This document shows, piece by piece, positions 25,210 through 39,489 of a DNA stretch of 64,000 nt. The notes beneath the pieces are model-generated. The model did no database searches, had not been told where the DNA came from, and worked only from the letters and a program-made list of their open reading frames with translations. Origin of the DNA: Octopus vulgaris (lineage: Eukaryota). The position numbers and the translations under genes are program-made. Location of the stretch: assembly GCA_951406725.2 (NCBI GenBank), contig OX597817.1, forward strand, positions 51,026,001 through 51,090,000, given 5' to 3'. Position 1 is the stretch's first letter; each line of letters begins with the position of its first letter.

Positions 25210-25520
25210 TGTGGAGGCGTAATGGCCCAGTGGTTAGGGCAGCGGACTCGTGGTCATAGGATGGCTGTTTCAATTCCCAGACCGGGTGTTGTGTGTGTTT
25301 ATTAAGCAAAATCACCTAAAGCTCTACGAGGCTCCGGCAGGGGGTGGAGGCGACCCCTGTTGTACTCTTTCGCCCCAACTTTCTTTCACTCTCTCTTCTT
25401 GTTTCTTGAGTAACGCTGCGATGGACTGGTGTCCTGTCCAACTTGGGAGAACACAATACTCCATAGAAACCGAGAAATCGGGCCCATGAGCCTAGCTAGG
25501 TTTGAAAAAAGCGCCTAAAA
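25210..25520 (+). mobile_element. SINE family C with the same V-domain-like tail
   Basis: Family C head and body, then gagtaacgctgcgatggactggtgtcctgtcc...ggcccatgagcctagctaggttt. Confidence 0.85.
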
Positions 25521-26281
25521 ATAAATAAAAATAAATAATTATTAAAGTAAATCCCTTTACGCAATACTCCGACTGTAACAAGAAAGCTAACTATCAAAAT
25601 ACATGTGTCTACATAAGTGTTTGGCGTGGATACACACATAGGAACGAGTAACTTAAAACGAAACAACCACTCGATATTAAAGGGAGATTTCCATTGCATT
25701 TCGGGAAGTCGATATTTACTAAAATTTCCACCTTTCCGATAATCTGACAGCAGATGGGTTTTGAAAGAAAAAAATCCGATATTTCATACGTATAGGAAGA
25801 ACTGTACAATAAACTGATTGCCTGGAGGATAATAGTTGAAAAGAAAAGTAAATAAATATGAGATAATAAAACAGAAACAGTTATGAACAGTAAAGTTTAA
25901 AAATTAAGCATAGTTATAGCGAGATGTTTGGAAGGAAGATAAAGTTTGCTCGCTCGTATTCAATGCTTATCAATTTTAATTAGACGTGAAACTTAAATGG
26001 AAAATTATATGAATACGAAATTAAGTATCACAGCCGATGTATGCACACGAATGTGCATATTCATTCCTACGTGAAATGGTAGAATCTAATGAATAAAATT
26101 TTCTCAGACACACAATTTTCTATTGACATCACTTTACAGACACATGACTTCGTGTTCAGTTCCAATACGCGTCAAATTTGGTAAGTGTCCTCTAATATAA
26201 TTCCAGACCAATCAACGTAATTAAATCTGGTGGACGGAGATTCTATAGAAGCCGATATAGGAATTTATACATATTCAAGAA

Positions 26282-26590
26282 AAAAAAAAGGGTGACCCCC
26301 TTCCGTCAGGAATGACCATGGGATTGCATCTAGAAAGTTACTCTTCGAGCCACAGGTCTGGGCAAGGTTTTTTTATGGAAGACCAGCCGTGCCCATGCAT
26401 AACAGCTGCCCCCTCCACGCCACCGATGTTATTCAAGCGAAAGGCAAAAGTCGATACAGCTTGGCACTAGTGATGTCGCAACTCATTTCTACAGCTGATT
26501 GAACTGAGGCAACGAGAAATAGTGTCTTGCTCAAGAACACAACGCGCAGCGCGGTCCAGGAATCGAACTCATAACCTCACGATCGCAGGT
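26282..26590 (-). mobile_element. SINE family D with a different tail
   Basis: Reverse complement of the D body (gtgtcttgctcaagaacacaacgcg..ggtccaggaatcgaac) at 26500-26585. Confidence 0.75.
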
Positions 26591-27739
26591 CTCATCAGAG
26601 CCCTGACATGTTCCATATAGCGGATACAGATGTAAAATAATGAGTGAAATTACGTTACCCCTGTAGGGTTTTACTCATTTATTTATATGTAAATATTATG
26701 CTCCATTCATATGGATTTTGTTGCACATGGAAGTTATGCTCATTGTTTGCAATTGTTTTGCTCATTTTGATATATCTAATATGGCATTCCAAGACAGAGA
26801 GAAGTGCTACGATCACTTCTTCGGAGCAATGGAGTTGCCTGAATCTCCGTCAGATAGCTAATGAGGTTGTATAAGTTAACTATATGTATATTTAAACAAA
26901 AATAACGTCACGCTTTACGCAGCTTGAAACAGCAACATACCTGCAACGTAATAAATTTCACGAACCACATTCATATTTCTTCATTATGTTTTATAAGCCA
27001 CCATATTTTATCGGCCCCAAACCTCCATTCTCAAACAATACGGAGTGAGTAGCCATTGGTTGCAAAAGATCATATCATATTCTGTATTATAGTTGAACTG
27101 TTTTTTTAAAGGTTATTATCGCCTCAATAGTTTCCAAATTATTGGTTTCTAAACATGAGAGAATTATCTTGTATCCATTGAACATTTCAGGCGGTTTCAA
27201 CGAACTGACTAAGAGAATTATAAAATATTTTATCAGCGCAGCAAGTCCATTAACGTTATAAAATTAATTAAACGGATTGTAATAATTAGATGCTCTATTG
27301 TCACTTGCCTTTGTGCTGATATTTATATTGCAATTCCAATCAAATCTGTGCATAATAATTTTGATACATTAATACTGAAAAGGGAAAACAGAGAGTTGGT
27401 TAATTGCTTTGAGGTGTTTGGCTACTCTGAAGTGTTTTTGGACATGTTGATGAAAGTCCTGTGAAGAATACTGCCTCTAATCCTTCTTTAATTAACAAAA
27501 AAGATCTAACATTTGTTTTCCAATGTTCCTATATGAGTTATATTGGGAAGCATCACGATATAGTCGGGACTCGCACATTAAGTATCAATTACTACCAAAA
27601 TTAACGAATAGCCGTATGATATCATCAATCAAATTTACTATGCCGTTAACTGTGTTGTTACGTATGTCTGTGTTAGGCAGCAAGCTGACAAAATCGTCAG
27701 CTCCATCCATCCATCAACCTTTTCCGACCACTATTTTGG

Positions 27740-28195
27740 AGAAGATCTTGGGTGTAAAATCCTCAAGTACCTCTTCAATATGGTCCTATAAGAATCAACC
27801 TTCATTAGAAGTTCCGGTTGGATTCCCAAGCGTGACCAGCTGGACTATAAATATTATCAACTATGTCGTTCTTCAATTTCATTCCTTGGTCTCTTGCCAG
27901 TCGGCTCGGCTTGAACAATCCGTCTTGCAATTCTTTCCTGCGAATTCTAATCACATGTCTGTAGTACAGGAGCAGTAACCCCTTAATGCGGAGAAGTAGC
28001 AGATCGACTTGCTGAGAATCCCTGATATTAGAGCTATGGACCCTGTTGAGTAACATTACTCCAGGAATCCTTCGGAGTATCCTCATTTCAGTGGCTTGTA
28101 TTCACGATTCTACTCTTTCGGTCATTACACACAATTCGTGATCGTGGGTGGCGATAGGCACGAAAACCCATTTGAAGATAGCGTGATTGGCTTCT
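27740..28195 (-). mobile_element. Decayed RTE-clade LINE ORF fragment
   Basis: MRILRRIPGVMLLNRVHSSNIRD...YRHVIRI resembles the post-RT region of RTE elements. Confidence 0.7.
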
Positions 28196-28321
28196 CTTTT
28201 TTTTATCACCCTCTTCTTTCCTGAGATCCGAATGCTTCTCAAATGTCAGGCCTTGTACCTATATAAGAAACTCTTAGGTATTTCACAATTATGAATGATT
28301 TTATAAATCATACATCTTAAA

Positions 28322-28620
28322 TGTGGAGGCGTGTGGCTTAGTTGTTAGGGTGTTGCCCTCATCATTGAAAGATCGTAGGGTCGATTCCCGGGCCGGGCGG
28401 CGTGTTGTGTTCTTGAGCAAAATACTTTATTTCACGTTGCTCCAGTCCTCTCAACTGATAACGGATAACCCTGCAAAGGAATAGCCTTCCAATGAAGGGG
28501 AATGTTGACCAGCTCACCTAGACAGTGGCGTGTTACCATTCGAAGGCTTGAAAATTGCGAAGCGCATTGTGACCAGCGATGTACAACAACATTTGGTTGT
28601 ACCGTCAATTCCGTCATGCT
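28322..28620 (+). mobile_element. SINE family D
   Basis: D head and body; tail gaagcgcattgtgaccagcgatgt shared with 32280-32345. Confidence 0.85.
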
Positions 28621-28732
28621 GTGGCATATTAGATATTTACAAACCTTTGACACTTCACAACCAATTCGATAGTGTTCCTTTACTGCAGTAAATTACCATG
28701 ATTTTAAACAAATCAGAATATAAGCACTATAT

Positions 28733-29119
28733 ATTTCGCCGGGCGAAATGCGTAGCCGCATTACGTCTGCCGCTACGTTCTGAGTTCAAATTCCGCCGAG
28801 ATCGATTTTGCCTTTCATCCTTTCATTCTAAATTAAGTACCAGTTACGCACTGGGGTCGATATAATTGACTTAATTCGTTTGTGTATCCTTGTTTCTCCT
28901 CTCTATGTTTAGTCCCTTGTGGGTAGTAAAGAAATAGGCATTTCGTCTGCTGTTAGTTCTGAGTTCAAATTCCGCCGAGGTCGACTTTGCCTTTCATCCT
29001 TTCGGGGTCGATAAATTAAAAACCAGTTACGCACTGGGATCAATATAATCGATTTAACCCCTTTGTCTGTCCTTGTTTGTCTCCTCTATGTCTAGCCCCT
29101 TGTGGACAATAATGAAATA
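28733..29119 (+). mobile_element. SINE B dimer, 5'-truncated, with TSD
   Basis: Flanked by agaatataagc(ac/aa)tatat at 28715-28732 and 29120-29137. Confidence 0.9.
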
Positions 29120-29893
29120 AGAATATAAGCAATATATTAAGAATGGGCGATTACGGGTGTTGCTTCATTTTCTGAGCCATTAAATATAAAGATGTATTTA
29201 ATAATCTCTTACGTAAAGGTATAATCGTAAGCTACTTCGGTTTGCAAAACTCAATTTAGTAATATCGCTAACAATGTAATTATTTCATCACGAATCGCGA
29301 TATAAAATTTCAAGCTGACTCGTATAAAATATTAACTATTTACACGACACAAGAAGCCCTGAAATCAACACCGTAAATTTACGCATTTCCATCAAATCGA
29401 AGACTTTCATCTTCGCCGAACGCCAAATTTAATGACTGGACTTATACGAGGCTTTTGTGATAAATATTCATAAAACTGTTGCTTGTCCGACCTATGAGCG
29501 TTGAACATATTTAACTGAATTCAAACAAAAGATTTCATAGAATTTCACAAAGACAAAGATGTAACAAGCTAATTATACTGGAATAATTTTCCTTGCAATC
29601 TATAATTTATGGCAGAATTAATTCTGCTGGAATGGTTTTCAATGCAGCTATGCAATTTATATTTGTTATCCCTCGTCAACACTTAGACATTTTATTTTTA
29701 TTTTACTTCTTATAATTGGCGAACAGATTATTTATTTTGTTGTAGAATATTTCCATAGTTTCCAAAACATACTTCATCGTTTTCGTCTCAGCTGATGTCT
29801 CATTTATTCCATTCTCTAGAATTCGATCCCTTAGAGTTTTGGTTAATATTCTCGTATGTCGTGTAGGCGCAATGTATCATTAAAGCAAGAACA

Positions 29894-30317
29894 AAAGGCG
29901 GTGAGCTGGCAGAGTCGTTAGCACGCCGGGCGAAATGCTGAGCAGTATTTTGTCTGCCGTTACGTTCTGAGTTCAAATTCCGTCGAGGTCGACTTTGCTT
30001 TCATCCTTTCGGGGTCGATAAATTAAGTACTAGTTACGCACTGGGGTCGATGTAATCAACTTAATCCGTGTGTCTGTCCTTGTTTGTCCCCTCTGTGTTT
30101 AGACCCCTTGTGGGCAGCAAAGAAATAGGTATTTCGTCTGCCGCTACGTTCTGACTTCAAATTCCGCCGAGGTCGACTTTGCCTTTCATCCTTTCGGGGT
30201 CAATTAAATAAGTACCAGTTACGCACTGGGATCGATACAATCGACTTAATCCGTTTGTCTGTCCTTGTTTGTCCTCTCTGTGTTTAGCCCCATGTGGGTA
30301 GTAAAAAAATAATAAAA
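29894..30317 (+). mobile_element. SINE B dimer with 13-bp TSD
   Basis: taaagcaagaaca at 29881-29893 and 30318-30330. Confidence 0.92.
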
Positions 30318-31399
30318 TAAAGCAAGAACATGAAGATTATTTGCAATAACTACTTAAGAAATTTTATTTGCTATGGTGAGCACTCCATTTCTAGTTGCGA
30401 GGACAAGTAGATTGCAGGAACATTTGAGATTCAAGCTTTAAAACTATTTCCTGCCTATCTCAGAGGGGCAAACCTGGTATTCTAGAGACCCTCATCAACA
30501 AACTGAGACCAGCCATAAAAACATAACGTGTTTGTAATATCTTTTCGTAACCTGTTGCTTACATTTCTGCGTTTCGTTCTCTAATCAATGTTTACAATAC
30601 TATATTTAAATCCGTGATTGAATTGAAACAATACTATTTCACTATTTTATATATAATCACATCTAGATAAGAAAAATAAGATTAATCATGACAATAAGAA
30701 AGAAGAGTTATGAAAAATGTTAAAATACTCTACTTCAAATCTGACATAACTATTACATTTGTCGCAAATGCTAAGACGTAGGGTATCACCTGAAAATAGA
30801 GAATTAACTACGAAACAAAGAACAATGGAAAACTTAGACGAACAGGTATGAAACATGATCGAACCACTGTTTTCTGCCTTTATGCAGAAAACAGCGAATA
30901 TTAAAAGAAAAAGAAGGATAAATTAACAGGACCGGGGAGAAAATACAATAGAAGTTTTTTTTATAGAATTACAAAACTATATTAAAAAGAATCTTCGGAA
31001 TATTCTTTTAAAACAATGACACGATGTTATTACATTATCAATACCTTAGACGTTTCAACAGGTAGAAAAATAAATTACCCTATTCGGTGATGGTTAAGAA
31101 GCTGAGAACACAGATACGAGATTGAAAATGTTTCATTAGAATACATAATCAAGAAGTATTCGCCCGCTTAGAAAAGTGCTTGAGAAGCAGTGTACGATTT
31201 GTAATTACAGAATAGCTGGATATTGGTTACAGACATTTAATGATATTATCTAAGGATATGATATTTATGTCAGATTTCGGGCAGCGTATTTTAAACATAA
31301 CTGTTCTTTTCTTTCCGATAGTCAAACTAAGTTATCGCTGCATTTTATTATCTTCATCATCATCATCATCATCAACCAGTTTTTAAAATCCGATTTCTA

Positions 31400-31632
31400 T
31401 TTCTTTACTATCCAAAAGCGGCTAAACACAGAGAGGACAAACAAGGACAGACACACGGATTAAGTCGATTATATCGACTCCAGTGTGTAACTAGTACTTA
31501 TTTAATCGATCCCGAAAGGATTAAAGGCAAAGTCTATCTCGGCGGAATTTGAACCCAGAACGTAACGGCAGACGAAATACGGCTACGCATTTCGCCCGGC
31601 GTGCTAATGTTTCTGCCAGATCACCGCCTTAA
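31400..31632 (-). mobile_element. SINE family B monomer
   Basis: Reverse complement of the family B head, body and tail. Confidence 0.85.
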
Positions 31633-32056
31633 ATCTAATTTCGTCGCCGTTATTGGGGGTGGCAAGATCTACCTCAATGCCATAGCAATCGAGATAGGCT
31701 CACCTCAACCTTTCTGCTGGCTGGTACTCATTCTCTTTTTCTATCACAAGTTTCTTTTTTTTTTTTTTTTGAGCTGGATTTTCTACGGGGAGCATGCCTT
31801 TGCTTACACCCAACCTCAGTTTCTAGACATGAGTAGTCCCGAGACCAAGGCCTCTACCACGATTTTCAAGAAATGTTGTGGAAAACTAGCTCAGGAAAGT
31901 AGGGGCGATAATCCCTGAGACCTCTTTCAGAGACACCCTACCTAGCATGGATGGAAAAATAAAATGTCGGCATCTGGTTTTGGGAATCGATATAAAAAAC
32001 GAAGCATCAAATTAGCATTTAGCGTGCGTCATTATACTCAGACATATACAAAGAAA

Positions 32057-32370
32057 TGTGGAGGTGCAATGGTCTAGTGGTTAGGGCAGCGGGCACGCGG
32101 TCGTATGATCGCGGTTTCGATTCCCAGACCTGGCGTTGTGAGTGTTTATTGAGCGAAAACACCTAAAGCTCCACGAGCCTCCGGCAGGGTTGGGGCGATC
32201 CCTGCTGTACTCTTTCGCCACAACTTTCTCTCACTCTTTCTTCTGTTTGCCAGCTCGCTTAGTCAGCTGGGTGGCGTCATTTGAAGGCTAAAACAGTTCG
32301 AAGCGCATTGTGACCAGTGATGTGTAGCAACCTCTGATAGCCTGGTCGGACACGCTGATCACGGTGATAT
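32057..32370 (+). mobile_element. SINE family C
   Basis: C head and body; tail shared with the family D copy at 28322. Confidence 0.85.
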
Positions 32371-33138
32371 ACAAATAAATAATAAATGAGACTGGTTTCA
32401 AACTTTTTCACAAGGCCAGCAATTTTGTGTGAGTGTGTATGTCAATGTTATTGACGCCAGTGTTCAACTGGTACTTATTTTATCGACTCCGAAATAATGA
32501 ATGGCAAAGTTGACTTCGGCGGCACAACTGGTATATGATATTAATTGACATGACACAAATGCTATTTAAAATCACATATACGACATTTCAAACTGAAAAA
32601 TACATTTCATGATAGCAATCTGTGTATCATTATCTTAATGAGGATACATCACGGAAAGCCAAATTAACTGCGGTATTCGTCCGGAAATGTTAAATCTTGT
32701 AGATGCACCGTGTTAAATAACGCCAAAAAACTATATCAGCAGAAAAAATCGTCCTGCAGCGGTGGTGGTATTCCTAGATGTGCGTTTGGCCTTACCACAG
32801 TTAATTATATTTTCTTTTGAAGTATTTCCACCAACTATGATACACATATTACTATTTTAAACTAAAACTCCTTTGCTGCACAAACTAAATATTCCATGAT
32901 ATTTGAATTATGATAAAAAGCGAAGTAGAAATCACTCATTAATGCTTAAGCAAAAATGCTGTACATCAGTATTGAACATTAATATATTAATGGTGTATAT
33001 ATGGAATCAACTTAAGTTAGCTGATTCTATATTTGTGATAAGCAATTATAAAGATATGCCTCTACGTTGTTAATAGGTTCATGGATTATATTATGCAATA
33101 TATATCTAACTCTGACATGAAAGAAATTATATATATAT

Positions 33139-33170
<32 letters not shown>

Positions 33171-33924
33171 TCCATTTTGCTTTAGAACTAACAGATTCTG
33201 GCCACCAGCAAACATGTACACCAATAGAAATATCTAAATTTACAGTGAACAAGATAAGATGGTGGCTAGATGCATCTGAAAACTGCTAGAATCCTCTTCC
33301 AAATGTCACTTGCATTGGTCGTAAGCTCGTGAAAAAGAACGCCATATTTGATAATCTCGTCCAAGGCATATTATCCCTGACAACAGCAATGGTGGGGAAC
33401 GCAAGACCGCCTTTGCTCATATGTCTCCGAGATCAGTAATAATCCAATATTTAACAGCAACGAAAGTAACAATTCAAGACCTTACAGTTGAAGTATTATA
33501 TAATCTTTAAATGTTGCTAAATCCCTGAAGCATTTAACTATATTATATTAAGATATAAGATATCCCGATGTAGATCCTGCGTAGTAAACATTTAGGCAAA
33601 ATAATGAAATTAAAGAAAGTCATGTAAATATATTCAGAAATATAGAACAGGTGATACCGATAATATATGCTCAAGCGTGGCTGTGTGGTGAGAAGTTTGC
33701 TTTCCAACCATCATGTTCGCTCTTATTGCGTGGCACCTTGGACAACTGTTTTCTGTTATAGCCTCGAGCCAATCAAAGTGGACTTGACGGAAACTAAAAG
33801 AATCCTGTCGTGTATATAAAAATCCACGTACTGTTGCCGACGCTTCGATTTACTGTCGTTAAGGTTTTATCTGTCTCCTACCTTTCGACTTGTCTGGCCT
33901 GGTACAGTCTTGCTTGAAGATTTT

Positions 33925-33941
33925 TTCTTCTTCTTCTTCTT

Positions 33942-33972
<31 letters not shown>

Positions 33973-34048
33973 TCATCATCATCATCAGTAGTAGTAGTAG
34001 TAGTAGTAGTAGTAGCAGCAGCGGTGGTGGTAGGAGTAGTAGTAGTAA
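33925..34048. repeat. Compound trinucleotide microsatellite (TTC)n(ATC)n(AGT)n
   Basis: Directly visible. A SINE A 5' half precedes it at ~33674-33816 and a SINE B follows at ~34050-34250. Confidence 0.95.
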
Positions 34049-34457
34049 CGCGGTGAGCTGGCAGAATCGTTAGCACGTCGGGCGAAATTCTTACCGATAT
34101 TTCGTCTGTCACTACGTTCGCAGTTCAAATACCGCCGTGGTCGACTTTTCCTTTCATTCTTTCGGGGTCATAACTTAAGTACTAGTGAAACCTATGTAAG
34201 CGACTATAGCCTTCCCATAAATTTTAGCCCTTGTACCTATAGAAGATAGGATTCTTGAGGCACAGTTCTCAACTTAAGATACCCCTTTTTTTATATTTGA
34301 ATTTCCAGGTCCTCATATTTACTTAATTTGTCAAATACCTTTACAGATATATTTTTATCAGTGGGAACACATCTATTAGTCTACAAGTATTTTCTTCCCT
34401 GTCTTTAATAATTATGTCTGGTCGATTAGCTTGGATCGTTCTGTTGGTGTTGTTTCC

Positions 34458-34492
<35 letters not shown>

Positions 34493-35476
34493 ATGTTTGA
34501 ATTTTGCTTTATGTCTGTACGAGTTGGCTCCAGGTCTCACCCAGAGACCTCAAGAGACAACAGGTTGGAAGCTCTGTGCCATATATATGGGTTTTTTTTT
34601 TTGCTTTTTTTTTTGGTGTTGTACTAGTGAATCTCTAATATATAAAAATAAAAAGTAAATAAATAAAAAATAAAAATAATTTAAAAATAAAAATAAATAA
34701 AAAAAGTTTGTTTTAAACCTTGGGATTACATAGAGTATTTTGCGTAGGATATGAGCAGTTCTCATGAGCACTATCTTTTGAATTTCTGCCATTTTGGGGT
34801 TTCCTGGTATCTGAGTTAGGTAGCAATCAGTCCCTTTCGCTATCATTCCCAGAGCACCTATGACAACAGGTATTGTTTTAGTCTTCAGCTTCCACATTTT
34901 GCTGATTTCTATTTCAAGATATTTATATTTGCTCAGTTTTTGGTAGGTCTTGACAGATACCTTTATATCGATTGGGACAGTCATATCAATGAGGAGGCAT
35001 GTTCTTTGTCTGAAGTCTTTCAATATAATGTCTGGCCTATTTGCATCTATCTTCCTGTCAGTTTGAATGGTGAAGTTCCAGAGGAGTGAGATGTGGTCAT
35101 TTTCAAGCACAGGAGGTGGATTGTGTTCCCACCAGTTTTTTTCATGGGGCAAATCCAGGTTTTTGCAAATTACCCAGTGAATATATTGTGCAGCTCTATC
35201 ATGCCTACTGAGGTACTCTGTAGGCGCTAGAAGACTGCATTTGGAGACAACATGGTCAATAGTTTCATTTTGTTGTCGGCATACACGACATGTTGGGCTA
35301 CTGCCGTTCTTTAATATGTTGGCCTGGCAGTTTCTTGTTGGTAGGCATTGATCTTGAGCTGCTATGATAAACCCCTCTGTTTCAGATTTTAAGCCAGAGG
35401 CCATTAGCCATTGATGGGTCAGGGCTTCGTCGATATCTGCATTATTCGCTCTCTTTGGGTATTTGCCATAGAGAGG

Positions 35477-35477
<1 letters not shown>
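34493..35477 (-). mobile_element. 5'-truncated R4/Dong-type non-LTR retrotransposon (CCHC + restriction-like endonuclease)
   Basis: LKSETEGFIIAAQDQ, CRVC..ETIDHVVSKC, RHD, WNFTIQTD...NRPDII...IDMTVP...KLSKY; (TAA)n tracts abut both ends on the element strand. Confidence 0.9.
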
Positions 35478-35547
<70 letters not shown>

Positions 35548-36247
35548 CATCATTATTATTGTTGTTGTTGTTATTGTTATTGTTAGATATGCAAAGTGTG
35601 TCTTTATCATCACGAAATTCACAGAACTAGAATGATATAGAATTTCTTCAGAGAGACACAAACAGTTCTACATTTAATTACGGAAAGTTAGAGATGTAAT
35701 GAATACATTACGTAGCGGCTAATATTACTATTGAGAGTGGTTAAAGACATTTCGCTTCAAAATTTACTTTATGGTTATTATATTATCTCCTTTTCTATAC
35801 TGTAATTCTAACTAGGAGGTTTCGAGAAAGAAAGATGCGACGTCTTTTAAAGACAACTGGCATTAAATTTATAGTTGTTAGTCTTCCCTTAAGTTAAGGG
35901 GTAACAATCTGAAAATCATGTCTAGTATAATTTAATGTACTTGGATGGCTCCGGGGTTAACAAGATTGCTTTACAGCTACGTGGTTTTCGATTCAGTACC
36001 ATTACGCGACATCTGGGCCAAGTCCCCGCTTCGGCGCGTATCCTTGTGAATGAATATGGGAAACGGAATGTCTGTGGAAGCCGGTCGAAATGTAACCACA
36101 CACACACACGCACCCATACATACACATATTTTCTTGTTTAAGGTTAATAGCTTTGCATTCTACAAATTAGATTAATGCAAAAATTGTTTTATTTTAACTG
36201 AACATTAATATAGATATGTGTGTGTGTGCGTATGTCTGTATTGATAC

Positions 36248-36297
<50 letters not shown>

Positions 36298-36658
36298 TTG
36301 TGTATATATATATATAATTGTATGTATTTATATATTGAACTTTTCAGGAAATTTGTCTCTTTTTATAATATTATTGAGTGTGTAGGGGTGGAGAGTGATA
36401 TAACTTAGTACAAGAGGGTGAGCAATCTGAAGATTCCAATAGAGTGGACGCAAGCGCTATTATATGTTTTATAAAAATATGTGACATATTAAGAAATATC
36501 TGTAAATATAAAACCATCCAGATTTCTGAGTACCTTATTTCTTCTAATATATAATACATCATCACCAAACCTTCTAATATATATATATATATATACAAAG
36601 TTAATCCAAACATGAAAATACAAAGAGAAAGCACAACAACGCGAGGACGTGGAACAAG

Positions 36659-36736
<78 letters not shown>

Positions 36737-37287
36737 CAAATGAAAAGAGACAAGGAAAATTCTTTAACACGTCTTTAATTTAAAGTTACACATGTTTCCG
36801 TACCATCTCCATTTTCAACACGATGGGTATATTTCAGGTCCGTCTACGAAATACACTCACAAGGCTTTAGTTGACTTGTGACTAGAGCAGAAGACGCTTG
36901 CCTAAAGTGCCACAGATGGGACTGAACCGGAAATCAGGTGGCTAAAAAACTAAATTCTTAATCACAAAACATGCATATAAATCCATGAGAAATACTGCAT
37001 GCATTATATTGATCTGCCTGCAGATTCTTTCGTGTCAAACATGGGAAGGCAGCGGGTGATTGACTATGATTTGATAGTTCACAGTCACGTGTTGTAAAGC
37101 ACAGTTTTACACTATCCAATTTACTGCAATTGATTCGGTTAACTACATTCGATAGGATAGAATTATTCAGAAGACATTATTTCATAACCAGATATGTGCG
37201 GGATTGATACGAAAATCTCATCAATCATTCGAACAATTATTATTAATAACCGCTTAGCGTTGGCTTATTAATAATTGGCATGTGTAC

Positions 37288-37781
<494 letters not shown>

Positions 37782-39489
37782 ATGTACGTTTGTTGATATA
37801 ATCTCATCTCACACAGACTCACAAATGCATACACACTCATAATACATACATTCATACACTCACACACACATATGTGTGTGTGTATGTATATATGCGAGAA
37901 ACGTACACAGGAAGGTATTATAACAGTGTTTACGTATATCTATCTAATTCTGTAAAGACAGTTTAGGACAGATGAATGGCGTTTTCCTGAGCTAGCCGTG
38001 CAATGAATTGTCAAACGTTTACGATGCATTATTGCACGGTTCAGAAGCACTTAAATTATCATCACCTGTGTAGATAATTAAAAAGATATAACTGCCCGGG
38101 TACATTCGTACCAAGCATGCATATATTGTACTGTAACATATACGCGTGTATCTACGTGTATTTTTGCTGTGTTTCCGTCTATGTCCATCACACACACAGA
38201 AAACGGCCTCGCTCGGTTGGCATTACACATGTGTTACTCTGATATCATCATACCATAAAATTTTTTAATGGAGAGAAAAATATTGAAAAATAAGTATAGA
38301 TGTTTGAGAAAGAAACAAGACGGGAGGTTTTGTGATGTGCTAGAAACACCAGCCAGATCTCCCTTAAGTCACACATTTTTTTTAAAAAGCGAAAATGTTT
38401 CTCTCACTGGTTTTAAGTGACTAATGATAAAAAAAGGACCAAAATCGTTTCGGACTGGAGTAGAGAATGAAAAGAAAAAAAAATTCAAATTTTTTTTGTT
38501 TTTTTTTTGTTAAAAAATACCTCCCATCACTCTAAAGGCTATGGTGAAAAACATTGGAAAAATCCCCGTCAAAACGGAGATATTCCAAATTATGTGGGCC
38601 GTCTTATCGGAAATTCCGTTTTCCAGAAACTCCTCCTCCTGCTCCTTCCAAATTTCTCCAAATTTCCTACAAATTTCCAAATTTCTTTGTAATCGCGATC
38701 TACACAGTTCGAAAGGTATCTTTGTAAAATTTCATTAAAAAATACCTATTTTCCAGAACGTTACAAGGAGGAAAATGTTGGGTCCTGTGAATTTTCTGAA
38801 ACTCCTCTCCCCAACCCCACACATAGCTTTTCCAAACAAATTTTTGCACACCCTCAATCTACAAGATATAAGCGATTACTCGGTAAAAGTTTCGTTAAAA
38901 AACATCCATTTTTCTGGATGTTATGAGGCAACAAATTAGGTAGGATTTTCAACCATAGTTACAAATTTTTTCAATAAAAGTTAACGTTAACAGATTAACA
39001 TTAACTTCCGTTACATTTTCTAAGAATTAGCAGATTAACGATTAACGAATTTAGTTTTTCCATTAACGGTACCCACGTCTATATATATATATATACATTT
39101 TATACAAGTATAAGTATACATATACTTGTCTGTGGTTTTATAACATTATAGTTTGACAGTCTCCTCAGTCAGTACCTATCAACACTTTTTCTTAATCTAC
39201 TTATTCTATCAGCCGATAACAAAGGAAATGAATAATGAATCCAAATTATACACATACAAGCAAACATACATTCAGTCATATATAAACTATATTACACTGT
39301 CAAAGCAAAGGATTAAATCCATTAACGCCAAATTTAACAAAGTTACTAATACATCGCTTTCCTACCTACCAAAGGAACACACCTTAACTTACACATTTGT
39401 TTACAAAGCTTTACATACATGAATAAATTATAAATAATGATATAACGCTAAGTCTCATCAACAGAAAATTTCTATAAAACGTCTTCCCA

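Noticed and set aside
38480-39080. Probable dispersed repeat with ttaacg subrepeats and a TIR-like end
   Set aside because: No partner terminus or second copy in the window.
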